A stretch of DNA of 64,000 bases from Carcharhinus longimanus (lineage: Eukaryota): positions 21,296,072 through 21,360,071 of the forward strand of contig JASCQW010000156.1 in NCBI GenBank assembly GCA_030264375.1, given 5' to 3'. The notes beneath the pieces are model-generated. The model was not told the DNA's origin. It worked only from the letters and a program-made list of their open reading frames with translations, and made no database searches. This document shows, piece after piece, positions 26,155 to 38,647 of the stretch. Both the position numbers and the translations under genes were made by a program. Positions within the stretch are counted from its first letter, which is position 1. The number at the start of each line of letters is the position of its first letter.

Positions 26155-26790
26155 CATTACATAGATACAGAATAGCAGGCCATTCAGCCCTTCAAGCCTG
26201 TTCCACCATTCATTGTCATAGCTGATCATCCAACTCAATTGCCTAATCCATCCTCCCTCCATGTCCTTTGATTCCCTTTGTCCCAAGAACTACATCCAAC
26301 TCATCGAAAACATGCAATGTTTTGGCTTCAACAGCTTTCCGTGATAGCAAATTCCACAGCTTTACCACTCTCTGGGTGAAGAAATTTCTCATCTCAGTCC
26401 TAAAAGGTTTACCTTTGACTATGACCCCTTGTTCTGGGCACCTCACTATCGGAAACTATCCTCCTTGCATTTATCATTTGAATTTTATAGATTTCTGTGA
26501 GATCCTTCCTCATTCATCTAAGCTCCAGCAAATATAATCTCAATCTCTCCTCACTGACCCCATATCCTTAGACTATGACCCCCTCATTCTGGACACCCCA
26601 CCTCCTGCATTTTACGCTGTCTAGTCCTGTGAGAATTTTATAGGTTTCTAGGANNNNNNNNNNGAGATCCCCCCCATATTCTTTTAAACTCCAGCACATA
26701 TAATCCTAACTGATTCAATCTCTCCACTGCACAGCAAGAACATCCTTCCTCAAAAAAGATCAAAGCTGCACACAATATTCCAGGAGTACC
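26155..26790 (-). mobile_element. CR1 LINE 3' fragment
   Basis: Minus-strand peptide FRTEMRNFFTQRVVKLWN is typical of the CR1 ORF2 end. Confidence 0.85.
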
Positions 26791-26992
26791 CATGGCACTG
26801 CCAACTGGCATTGATCTGACATGGAAAGTTGATCTGTTTGCCAAAAGCCGGACAAATCAAATCCAACTAATTACTGTCCCATCAGCAAAATGTAATCGAC
26901 AGTGCTATTAAGTGGAATTCACACAACAATAATCTGCACGCTTATGTTCAGTTTCCACCAGGGCCACAAGGCTCCTGAACACCTTGGTCCAA

Positions 26993-27397
26993 CAAGAAAC
27001 TACAAAGGGTTGTGAATGTAGTCCATTCCATCACACAAACCAGCCTCCCATCTATTGGCTGTCTACAATTCTCGCTGCCTTGGAAAGGCAACCAGCATAA
27101 TTAAGGATACTAACACCCTGGACATTCTCTCTTCCACTTTGTTCTTTGGGAAAAAGATACAGAAATCTGAGGTCACATACCAATCAACTCTAGATCATCT
27201 TCCCTGCTACCATCAGACTTTTGAATGGACTTACCTTGCATTAAGTTGATCTTTCTCTGCACCCTAGCTGTAACTATAACAATACATTCTGTACTTTCTC
27301 CTTTCCTTCTCTATGAACTGTATGCTTTATCTGTATAGCAAGTAAGAAACAACACTTTTCACTGTATGCTAATACATGTGACAATAATAAATCAAAC
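26993..27397 (+). mobile_element. Rex1/Babar-like LINE 3' end nested in an L-B fragment (about 26800-27770)
   Basis: Homologous to 5578-5947 and ends ttttcactgtatgctaatacatgtgacaataataaatcaaac. Confidence 0.65.
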
Positions 27398-29039
27398 TAG
27401 GACAAAAGATCCAAACTCCAGAGGCAGGATGGACGCAACATTTGACCAAGTGTGGCATCGAGATGCCCAAGCAAAACTGAAGTCAATAGGAATCGGAGGT
27501 AAAGTCTGGTTGGAATCATTCCTAGCACAAATGTTGTTGCTGCTGAAGGCCAAACATCTGAGTCTCAGGACAGGCAGATGTTCAGCGTAGTGTTCTAGAC
27601 CCAACCATCTGTAACTGCTTTAACCACCTTCCTTTAGTTTGTGTTGGAAATGGCAAAGTTCACTAACGATTGCACAACATTCAGTATCATGCTCAACCCC
27701 TCAGATACTGGAGCAGTCCATGCAAATAGGCAAAGGTGAGACAACAAAAGTGGAAAACAACATTCGCACCACAGAAGGAATTTAAAGGAACATCTTATAA
27801 GAGGGAGAGAGTAAAATCCAGAAATTAAGGGTCTGAACAGTTGCCAATGGTGGGCTGCAAAATGGATGAGAGGGTCAGATTTGGAGGAATGCAGAGTTCT
27901 GAGGGTTTAAGTAGGTTGCAGACACAGATGGGCAAAACTTGAGAGGGATTTGAATGTGAACATTTTAGAATCGAAATATTTTGGAGGAACATATGCCACT
28001 TAGGGCAGCAAGCAGAGTTGTCATCATGAATGGCTCATGCTGAAGCTAGGACTCAGGCAGAGGCTTTTTGGATGAACTTGTTTGCAGAGAATGGAAGATG
28101 TGTCAGTGGTCTGCCGAGTTCTGGAATTGCAGAGTTTGGAATTAAAAAAACATGGATTAAGGCTTCCGCACCTAATGGACTGAATCAGGGAGAGAGAGGC
28201 AGGTAATACGAGGAGGGTGGAAGTTGAGGGTGAGGATGAAGATGAAGATGAAATGAGATCAGAAGCTCAGGTCAGTTAGAGGAACTTTGCACAACTTGTT
28301 TACAATTGCTGTTAATGCTTCTTACACATTTCCACATATAGCTATACAGACTTCACATTGCTACCCCACAGCATATACCACACTACCACTGCAGGGTATC
28401 AGCAAGGCAGTTAATGCTGTCAATAAGCCAAACAACAAATTACTCAATAACTCCAGTAATTATCCAGGCCATGTGCACCAATATAAATGCACATCAGTGC
28501 CGTGTCAACCTTGGGGTTTTGACCAAAGATAGAATGTGGTACATTGGTAAAATGGGGGAATGGTGGATAAATACACAAGCCAACAATATTAATTGTTATG
28601 GGAAAATACAAGATGGGATATTCAGAGCACATATGGCAAATCCAAACAGTACTAGGGATACAATTCATTCCTTGAAGCTTTTGCTCAGCACAACTTGAAA
28701 GGACATTACTTAGATCCAATTGGTTTAGTATTGAACTTAGAAATTTGCCTTCAGACACCAGAACACATTTTCCAGCGTTTTCTACTCTTGTTTCAGATTT
28801 CAGCATCTGCAGTATTTTGTCTTTTTCAGAACAGAAGTGAAGCTTCAATGAAGCATACAGTCAAAATCTTGCAATGCTTTATGCTAATTTAGTTTTCAAA
28901 ATAGCTACAAACTGCAGGCGCGTTCATTTTCCAAATGCACAATTCTTCATTGGAGTAGACCAGTCGACAGAAAGCAACTTGGTTCTCCAATGACTAGGGA
29001 ACCCTCTACTTGTTCCTTTCCCCAACCACCAATATTCTG

Positions 29040-29648
29040 AAGGTGACAAATAGCTAGAAAATTCACCGGACTGACCATATAAATACTGTGGCTACAAGAG
29101 CAAATCAGAGGTTGGAAACCTGCAGAGTGTAACTAGCCTGACTCTCCAAAGCCTGCCATCATCCACAAGGCACAAGTCAGGAGTGTGACAGAATTCTGCC
29201 CACATGCCTAGATGAGTGCAGCTCCAGCAACACTGAAGTTGATCACCTAAACAAATACTTGATTAGTTCTCCATCCACTTTAAATATTCACCCCCTCCAT
29301 AGTAGCAGCAGCGTGTACAATCTACAAAACGTACTCGCTAAGGCTCCTTCCAAACCCTATAACTTTTACCATCTAAGAGGACAAGGCAGCAGACTTATGA
29401 GATTAGCATCTGCAAATTCCCCTCCATGCCACATATTATCCTGACACAATGCAACTCGAGTACTTTACTGTTGCAGAATTAAAAAACATGGAACTCCCTT
29501 CCGAACAGCACCGTAGCTGTACCTACACCAAATCGACTACAGCGTTTCAAGGCAGTGGTTCACCACCACTTGAGTGCAACAGGGACGGAGAAACAAATGT
29601 TGTCTTTGCCAGTGGTGCTCACATCCCATGAATGAGTAATAAAAAGAA
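29040..29648 (+). mobile_element. LINE family L-B 3' fragment
   Basis: Contains ccatataaatactgtggctacaagagca... and ends cacatcccatgaatga...aaaa. Confidence 0.75.
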
Positions 29649-30099
29649 AACTGGGCAACTCTCTCCCATACATAGGAGATCCTCCTGGTAACCAGATCAA
29701 GATGCGACAGCAAGGCTGAATGGAAGCCATTCGCATAGCTGCCATTTGCAAAAGGATATGCCAAGACTGATCATTGGGTGGGATTAAAAAGGCTCACAAC
29801 AGAAATCATCGAAAACTAATTAAATGACCCACTGACGTCTAAAAAGGCACTTGCCAATGCTATATTCCCATAGAAGCAGCACAAGGAGAAAGGTATCTCA
29901 ATATTTGCAATCACACTTAAAAATCTGGGAAAGCTATAATGGTTCTTGTCTGACACAATCTAGCTTTTTAATAGCTTTGAAGATAGCCTCGAAAATTATT
30001 CCTTTAAGGTTTTAAAGGGTTCTGAACGGCACAGTGAGTTAGCCCATTGGCTTTTCCGTTCCAGAATTCATACTCAAATCCTGTCGAATTGATGGGACA

Positions 30100-30460
30100 A
30101 ATGGCCTAGTGATGTTATCGCTAGACTATTAATCCAGAAACTCGGCTAATGTTCTGGGGATCTGGGTTCAAATCCTGCCATGGCAGGTGGGTGGAATTTG
30201 AATTCAATATAAAAAAAAATCTGGAATTAAGAGTCCAATGACGACCATGAAACCATTGTCAATTGTTAGAAAAACACATCTGATTCACTAATGTCCTTTA
30301 CGAAAGGAAATCTGCCATCCTTACGCCTACATGCGACTCCAGAGCCACAGCAATGTGGTTGACTCTCAAATGCCCTCTGAACAAGGGCAATTAGGGATGT
30401 GCAATAAATGCTTGTCAGCCAGCAACACCCATGTCCCATAAATGAATAAAAAAGTGTCTT
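30100..30460 (+). mobile_element. tRNA-derived SINE family C, full length
   Basis: A box tggcctagtg, B box gggttcaaatcc, and a tail shared with LINE L-B. Confidence 0.8.
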
Positions 30461-31699
30461 TANNNNNNNNNNNNNNNNNNNNNNNNNNNNNNNNNNNNNN
30501 NNNNNNNNNNNNNNNNNNNNNNNNNNNNNNNNNNNNNNNNNNNNNNNNNNNNNNNNNNNNNNATGGGCAATAAATGCTGGTCAGCCAGCAACACCCATGT
30601 CCCATAAATTAATAAAAAAGTGTCTTTATAGCTGCTTGTGTAAAATGAGCTGCAGCAGTTTCAACCCAGCTCCTGGAAGGTGGAGCCTACAATACAAATC
30701 CTGTTTGCGTCTCAGCACAAACGTGGGCAAAGTATGAGCTGGCCTGGGTAATGATGCACACAGTTCAAGCAGGATGCACTCAATTCCTTGTCTACAGTCA
30801 GTGCAGAGTGTGAGGAATTTTTACACAGCATCAAGATCCTAGGTCAGCTATAGCACACAGACTGTGTGACAGAACGAGAAAATATTCCATTCTCCAGGTC
30901 AGGAATCCCTCATGTTGATTGGACAACAACTTTTCTGAAAATACGAGATCGCACTATGTAGGTAATGATGAATGCTGGTATCCAATCACTGCAACCATTT
31001 TGTGGGCAGTTGTGGAAGGAGACTTCTTCAGGTTAAAATGCTCTTCTCCAAACAATTAAAAATCTGACATGGTGCTTTGCTCAGTTGGCTGACGTGTCTG
31101 TTGGTAGCTCTAGTACAGAAATGCCCCAGAGGAATGTGAGCAGTACGCCTGTCAAAGCCATTGAATTACATCTCATGTCAAAAGCTTATTGCAATTTAAT
31201 AGATCACTTTATATGTTGGATTTGAGTAAAGAGCTATTGTGTTATGTGAAGAATCATTTCACCTTGATGTGGATTTGTTGACAAGTTGAGCCTTTAAGTG
31301 TTCAGGTTTTACATCACTGACGCATTCAATAGTTGCTGTACAGTGAGTTGATGAAATAACTCAATACCTTTCTTTGAGAATAGGGGTCGTGGGGAGCTGT
31401 CAGTGAAATTCTTTATGATAAATCTAAAGACTTGAATGTCTTTATGCATAAACGGAATGCAGGCCAGAGTCTTTAGGAGTCCATGCAGGTTATTTGAAGA
31501 ACTGTTGGTTTCCTAAACATTAACTCTACATTATCTGAAGAAAGGTCCTGAATTACAATACCAGTGGCATCCCCGATTTCTACCACAAATAACGCTGGCA
31601 GCTTCTGGGAGAGTTCCAAAAGGTATGCTTTCTACAGCTAACCTTCCTTCATAGCGCTGTTGAATGTGAAGTTATATGAACTTCCAGATGGTATTTGGT

Positions 31700-32668
31700 G
31701 AGACCGCACACAACAGACCATTAGCAATAATGAAAGGCAGTGGAACTGCAAATAACTTGATATGGGCTGGAAATTAGTTAGAAAGTAGAAAAAATAGGAA
31801 CAATGGATGGTGCGCCAACTGGAGACTGCAAAGTGAAATCCCTCTCAGATACATATTAGAGCTTCATATTTTTAGAAAATACATAATGAATTAGAAGAAA
31901 AGACAGTCATATCTCCAATCTAAGCTTAGGTGACAGTTAGTGCAGTTAAGAGAAGTTGCAAAAGACCATCAATTAAGTAATTGGGCAAGACAATAGCAAA
32001 TGGAATGGAGTTTGAGGTCAGCTGTTTTATATGTTAAGAGTTAGATCAGGGTATTTTTAAAATGGTAAGATGTTGGGAACATTAGAGAAGCAGAGATTTA
32101 AATGTCTATGCACAGAAATCATTCAAAAACCTCTTTGAAAATTTAAATGGCTAATGAGATGTTAGTTTCTATTGTGAGAGAGCTGGTATAAAAAGGGATG
32201 GATGTTAAGCCACAGCAAAGCTCTGGTTAAAAACTTATTTGGAATATTGCATTCAGTTCTGGGATCACAACTCTGGAGGCTCTTATTTGCTTTGAAAGGG
32301 TAGCATAGCAGTGCAGATTTAGACTGATACTGGAGCTGAAAGGGTTAAATTATGGGCTGGTTGCATAGACTAAGTTTTTATTCTCATGAGTATAGATGAT
32401 TGGATGACTCAATTTAGGTGTTTCTGATTTAAAAAGTTCTTGAGGTAGATACAGGGGAACCTATTACTTCTGGGGGGATGAATTTAGCCAAGGGTCCACA
32501 ACCTTAAAATTATAGTGAGGCCATTCAGAGGTGATGTCAGATGCACATCACGCAATAGCAGAAATTTGGAACACACTTCCCAAAAAGCTGTTGAGGCTAG
32601 GTCAATGATCTAATTGATGGCAGAATAGGCCTCCAGGGACAGAATGACCTACTCCTGCTTCTATTCCG
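31700..32668 (+). mobile_element. Old, highly decayed CR1 fragment
   Basis: Recognisable CR1 RT-end remnants and a cctactcctgct tail. Confidence 0.65.
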
Positions 32669-33369
32669 AGTCACCTGAAGAGGATTGCAATTCCAAGTGA
32701 CTCAAATCCTATCTTTGTTAATGTCAGTCCAGTGAACAAGTATTGTACTTAAAGTTAATGCTTTAACTCATAGCAAATGTAACCAGGCAGACGTGTACAC
32801 AAGGGGCCAGTGATCGTGTAGGTACTAGATAATCAACAAAACCAACTTCAGCCATGAGGCAGTGATTCAAAGTAGCCTCAAATGTGCACTGAGGGGGTTT
32901 GCTAACATGTTGAATGTAACCAAACTAGCTTTCCAAGACTGTGCAGGAAACTGGTTCCTGCAGTAGGTGATGTGGATGCAGGGAGGTAGGGAAAGGAAGA
33001 ATGGGGAGGAAATTTCAATTTTAAAAATAGATCTGATTTCTTGCTGTCACTAGCATCCAGAGTGAAGAATGTGACCTTCCCCAATCAGAAATTGTTGTAA
33101 AAAGCTCAGAGAACCATGGAATCACTACACTACAGAAGGAGGCCATTCAGCACATTGAGAATGCACCGACTCCGAAAGAGCATCCCATCCAGGCCCTCCC
33201 GTCCACCCTATCCCCATAACACATCTGGACAATTCAGCTTTGAAAGGCCTGAGCAAATCAACAATCCATTCCCAGTAAACCTGTGTTGTCTCATACCCTG
33301 TATCTGTCCAGGTTGAGAGAGATTTACCCATGTGAACTCGTCAAGTTACCTTGCCACAGAAGTAAACTT

Positions 33370-33698
33370 TTTAAAAAATTCATTCATGGAACATGAGCAT
33401 CACTGGTTGGCCAGCATTTATTGCCCATCCCTAGCTGACCTTGGAGGGCAGCTGAAAGTCAACCACATCTGGAGTCACATGTAGGCCAGGCTAGGTAAGG
33501 ACAGTAGATTTCCTTCCCTAAAGGACATTAGTGAACCAGGTGGGTTTTCCCCAACAATTGACAATGGTTTTATGGTCATCAGTAGATTCTTAATTCCATC
33601 ACCTGCTGTGGTGAGATTCAAACCCAGATCCCCAGAACATTAGCTGAGTTTCTAGATTAATATCTAGTGCTGATATCACAAGGTCATCACCTCCCCCT
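33370..33698 (-). mobile_element. tRNA-derived SINE family C
   Basis: Reverse complement of 30100-30460. Confidence 0.8.
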
Positions 33699-34344
33699 AA
33701 ACTTGGGCAAATCGTCTTTAAACGAAAAAGCCTGCATTACCCCCTCAGTTGTCCTTTAGCACAATCCCAAAGAGAAAACAAGCTTGCATTTATATAGCAC
33801 CTTTCACAATCTCAGTGTGCGCCCCTTCACTTTCAGNNNNNNNNNNNNNNNNNNNNNNNNNNNNNNNNNNNNNNNNNNNNNNNNNNNNNNNNNNNNNNNN
33901 NNNNNNNNNNNNNNNNNNNNNNNNNNNNNNNNNNNNNNNNNNNNNNNNNNNNNNNNNNNNNNNNNNNNNNNNNNNNNNNNNNNNNNNNNNNNNNNNNNNN
34001 NNNNNNNNNNNNNNNNNNNNNNNNNNNNNNNNNNNNNNNNNNNNNNNNNNNNNNNNNNNNNNNNNNNNNNNNNNNNNNNNNNNNNNNNNNNNNNNNNNNN
34101 NNNNNNNNNNNNNNNNNNNNNNNNNNNNNNNNNNNNNNNNNNNNNNNNNNNNNNNNNNNNNNNNNNNNNNNNNNNNNNNNNNNNNNNNNNNNNNNNNNNN
34201 NNNNNNNNNNNNNNNNNNNNNNNNNNNNNNNNNNNNNNNNNNNNNNNNNNNNNNNNNNNNNNNNNNNNNNNNNNNNNNNNNNNNNNNNNNNNNNNNNNNN
34301 NNNNNNNNNNNNNNNNNNNNNNNNNNNNNNNNNNNNNNNNNNNG

Positions 34345-34510
34345 TTTGCGCGGGTTTCCTCCTACAGTCCAAAAAAATGCTGGTTAGATGCATTGGCCAC
34401 GCTAAATTCTTCCTCAGTGTACCCAAATAGGTGCCGGAGTGTGGCGACTAGGGGATTTTCACTGCAATGTTAATGTAAGCCTACTTGTGACAATAATAAA
34501 TAAACTTTAA
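34345..34510 (+). mobile_element. V-SINE tail b, 3' half after gap
   Basis: Ends cctacttgtgacaataataaataaacttta. Confidence 0.8.
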
Positions 34511-34613
34511 GCAGATCAGCATTGGCAGCACAAATCCATCACTTGAAGGCAAAGAAAGCTTCGAGACATTCAGTTGGCTACCTGAACAGTTTGTCAGCCC
34601 CCAGACAACATAA

Positions 34614-35600
34614 CTACAGGAATAAAGCTTTAGTGGTTTTGTCAACAGGACTTAATTTGAACCTGTTAAAACTCAGGCTAATCAACTCCTCCACCTGGTC
34701 TCTTTAGCACTCATTACTTCCCCTTTGGCCACATCCAAGTCTCTCCTAACCCAATGTCACGCCCAGCTGATTTGTTTCCTTCATTTTCACTGCTGACCTT
34801 CTCAACCAGTTAGAGAATTGTTGCTCTTTCTGCAAGATACTACAGATGATCAACTCACCATTACAAATACCCCGTAGCCACTCCCAAGCAATTAGAGTTG
34901 GAGTGTCGTTAGCTTTGTAATTGAATGCAGCAGCCAATTCATGCACAGCAAGATCTCAAAAACAGAGGAGATGTGCTGTCAGTTAATCTGGTTTTGATGG
35001 GGGCAGTTGTTCAAAGATAACTTGGAAAGAATTCCTGCTTTCAAATATCACAGGCTATTTTATTCCCGCCTTAACAGGGGAGCAGAGTTAGGAGTTAGGT
35101 ATTTCTGAGCTTAAACAATGTAACGTTCCCTCAGCACTGCACTCCAGTACCAAGTTATATCATGTGTTAGAATTCAGGAGGGTGAGTGTCTGTGCTTTTC
35201 CCAGATGCTAGAGTTTTATCAAGCTAATGAGTGGCAATGAGTTACTTAAAAGCTCAGTCAGAACCAGTTAAAGTTGCTCAGGATGTCCCAAAGTGCATCA
35301 CAGCCAATTAATAATTTTTCAAGCATAGAGGTTATATATGTCTGTTTCACTAAGTAGGCAAGGCATCAAACAACTGCTACATAGAAAAGTCTCAGACTCA
35401 AGACAATTTATGGGCAGCACAATGGCACTGCGGTTAGCACTGCTGCCTCATCAGGGACCGGGCTCAATTCTGGCTTCGGGTGACTACGTGGAGTTTGCAC
35501 GTTCTCTTTGTGACTGTGTGGGTTTCTTCCAGGTGCTTTAGTTTCCTCCCACTGTCCAAAGATGTGCAGGTTAGGTAGACTGCCGTGCTAAATTGCTTCT
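34614..35600 (+). repeat. Local duplication, copy 1
   Basis: Colinear with 37425-38410. Confidence 0.9.
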
Positions 35601-36010
35601 TAGTGTTGAAGGGACTAGCAGAGTAAATATGAGGGGTTACAAGGATAGGGACGGGATGGGATTACATAAGAACATAAGAACTAGGAGCAGGAGTAGGCCA
35701 TCTAGCCCTTCGAGCCTGCCCCGCCATTCAATAAGATCNNNNNNNNNNNNNNNNNNNNNNNNNNNNNNNNNNNNNNNNNNNNNNNNNNNNNNNNNNNNNN
35801 NNNNNNNNNNNNNNNNNNNNNNNNNNNNNNNNNNNNNNGGTCCTGGGGACTTGTCCACAATCAGTCCCTCCAGTCTGTTGAGCACTGCCTCTCTAGTAAC
35901 AATAATGTCATTCAGGCCCTCCACTCCTACCATCTTTCCATCGCTAACATTGTTGTGGTGCAAGATCAATGGACCAAATGGTCTCCTTCTGCACTGTAGG
36001 GATTCTATTC
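35412..36010 (+). mobile_element. V-SINE tail a interrupted by a minus-strand CR1 piece (about 35665-35950)
   Basis: The SINE resumes at tgttgtggtgcaag...ctgcactgtagggattct. The inserted piece reads VLNRLEGLIVDKSPG on minus. Confidence 0.75.
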
Positions 36011-36049
36011 CAGGATTCTAGATCTCTGTCTTGTTCTGATTTAAAGAAT

Positions 36050-36190
36050 TAGAATCCCTACAGTGTAGAAGGAGGCCATTCGGCCCATCAAACCTGCACC
36101 AACAACAATCCCACCGAGGTCTATCCCTGTAACCGACGTATTTACCCTGATAATCCACCTGATACTAAGGGGCAATTTAGCATGGCCAGC
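36050..36190 (-). mobile_element. V-SINE 3' half, tail a
   Basis: Lies tail-to-tail with the preceding copy. Confidence 0.8.
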
Positions 36191-37424
36191 CATGGGATTT
36201 CTGACTGTTGAATGTCTAATGTGAAAATAACATGTCCAATAATGCAACATGCCCTCTTCATTCAGAACGCAGCATCAACGTCAGGTTCAAACACAACTTT
36301 CTAACTCAGGTTAGAATACTACCGAGCGAGACAAGCAGCAAAGGATTCCAAAAAGAACTACTTAAATCTACTAAATAAAGTTGCAGGTGAGTTGGTCAGA
36401 AGACACAGTAGTTACCCTTGAGTGGTTTCCACGGCCTAGCTTCCCTATTTTACACCAGGCAATTAAATGCAATATTTAAGCTCAAGGAACTACTCTGGCA
36501 GATATTTTTAATACAATGCTCTACATATTAAACTTCACATAGCTTGCAGTGTTAGAAAAATAGGTCACTCTCCTCAGATCCAGCTCGACACCTTGTGGTG
36601 AGTACTGGATTGCGACAGTCCTTTAAACAGGACCTTGGCAATCTCCCAGAAGAGGACAGCATTAGAGGGGGCAAACGATTGGTTTAAATCGTATTGTGCC
36701 ATTTTGTCTGGAACTTTAATCACCTTGGGGAAAATTAGCAGTATTTCTTCCGTTTGTTTTCCCCCAAACTGGCCACAGTCCCTTTTTTTAACCTCTCAAG
36801 AAGATAGTATTTCTCAACAAAATACTTACAAACTTTTGCTATTAAAAAAGGTCAGCTTAATAGGCTTAAACTTTTCTCATCTTTCCACATGTGCTTGTTT
36901 AAATTGCTCAGAGGTAACCTCTTCTCAGGGATTCATACTTCTTGCACTCTACAATGGGAGTAACTGAAGTATGTCTTGCATTTATATAGCATCTTCAATG
37001 TTGAAAACATTACAAGGCTCCTCACAGCAGTGCAAGTGGACAAGAAAATCAACATTAAGTCAGAGGAGGAATGAGCAAAAATTTGGACAGAAGTAGATTT
37101 AAGTGCTGTGAACAGAGAAGTGGAGAGGTGCAAGGAGGCAATTCCAGAGCTTAGGGCCCAGACAACTAAAGGCCAATGATGGGGCAGTGGAAGTGGGAGC
37201 TATACAAGTTAGTGTCAAAGAAAAGCAGCATTCTGAAAAAGGAATGTAGGATTAAAGGAATTGCCAATATTACAATAATGACTACACCAAAAATACTTAA
37301 TTCCCTGCAAAGCACATGGTGACCATGAGAGGTCAAACAGCTGTTTAGAGGTGCAGGATCTTTCACAAAAGAGTGACACAGTCTGCCCCTTTGGTGAGTA
37401 CTGCAGGAACAAAGCTTTAGGTAT

Positions 37425-38410
37425 CTACAGGAACAAACCTCCAGTGATTTTGTCAACAGGACTTATCTTGAACATGTTAAAACTCAGGTTGATCAACTTC
37501 TCCTTCTGGTCTCTTAGCACTCATTGCTTCCCCTCTGGCCACACAAGTCTCTCGTCACCCAAAGTCACGCCCAGCTGATTTGTTTCCTTCATTTTCACTG
37601 CTGATCTTCTCAACAAGTTAAAGAATTGTTGACCTTTCTGCAAGATGCTACAGGTGATCAACTCACCATTACAAATACCCCGTAGCCACTCCCAAGCAAT
37701 TAGAGTTGGAGTGTCGTTAGTTATTATTTGAATGCGGCAGCCAATTCATGCACAGCAAGATATCACAAAAACAAAGGAGCTGTGTTGCCAGTTAATCTGG
37801 TTTTGATGGGGGCGTTTGTTCAAAGATAACTTGGAAAGAACTTCCGCTTTCAAATATCACGGGCTATTTTACTCCCACCTGAACAGGGGAGCAGAGTTAT
37901 GAGTTAGGTATTTCTGAGCTTAAATGACGCAACATTCACTCAACACTGCGTTCCAGCACCAAGATACATTGTGCATTAGAATCCAGGAGGGTGACCATCT
38001 ATGCTTTTCCCAGATGCAAGAGTATTAACGAGGTAATGAATGGCAATGAATTACCTAAAAGCTTGGTCAGAACCGATGAGCAGCTGATGAACAAACTTGC
38101 ATTTTTTAAAATTGCTCAGGATGTCCCAAAGTGCCTCACAGCCAATTAATGATTTTTCAAGCAAAGGTTCTATATGTCTGTTTCACTAAGTAGGCAAGGC
38201 AGCAAACAGCTGCTGCACAGAAAAGTCTCAGACCCAAGACAACAATGGCACAGTGGTTAGCACTGCTGCCTCACAGCACCAAGGACCCAGGCTCAATTCC
38301 AGCCTTTGTTAACTACGTAGAGTTTGCACATTCTCCCCGTTTGTATGGATTTCCTCCTATATGCCAAAGGTGTGCAAGTCAGGTGGATTGGTAAATTTCC
38401 CCTTAGTGTC
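37425..38410 (+). repeat. Local duplication, copy 2
   Basis: Colinear with 34614-35600, offset about 2.81 kb. Confidence 0.9.
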
Positions 38411-38525
38411 CCAAGGTAGGTTAGCAGGCAAATATGTGGGGTCATGGGGATAGTGCTTGGTAAGATTCTCTGTTGGAGAGTCAGTGCCAAATGGCCTCCT
38501 TCTGCACTGCAAGGATTCTGTGATG
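38246..38525 (+). mobile_element. V-SINE, tail a
   Basis: Head tggcacagtggttagcactgctgcc, followed by a partly deleted core. Confidence 0.8.
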
Positions 38526-38647
38526 CGCCAAATGGCCACCTCCTGCACTGTAGGGTTTCTATGATGGACCAAATGGCCTCCTCCAGCACTGTAGGGATTC
38601 TATGATGGGCCGAATGGCCGCCTCCTGCACTGTAGGGACTCTATGAT
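38486..38647 (+). repeat. 4 x 41-bp tandem repeat of the SINE/CR1 3' tail
   Basis: Units start at 38486, 38527, 38568 and 38609, consensus gccaaatggcctcctcctgcactgtagggattctatgatgg. Confidence 0.92.

Noticed and set aside
30385-30630. Direct repeat on both sides of a gap
   Set aside because: Near-identical contig ends around 100 Ns are typical of unmerged overlapping or allelic contigs.
30965-31067. ATGATGA...CTGA resembling a C/D box snoRNA
   Set aside because: It is antisense to the host gene, the terminal stem is misplaced, and I recognise no guide sequence.
38486-38647. CRISPR-like periodic array
   Set aside because: Head-to-tail repeats with no unique spacers, derived from a SINE tail, in eukaryotic DNA.
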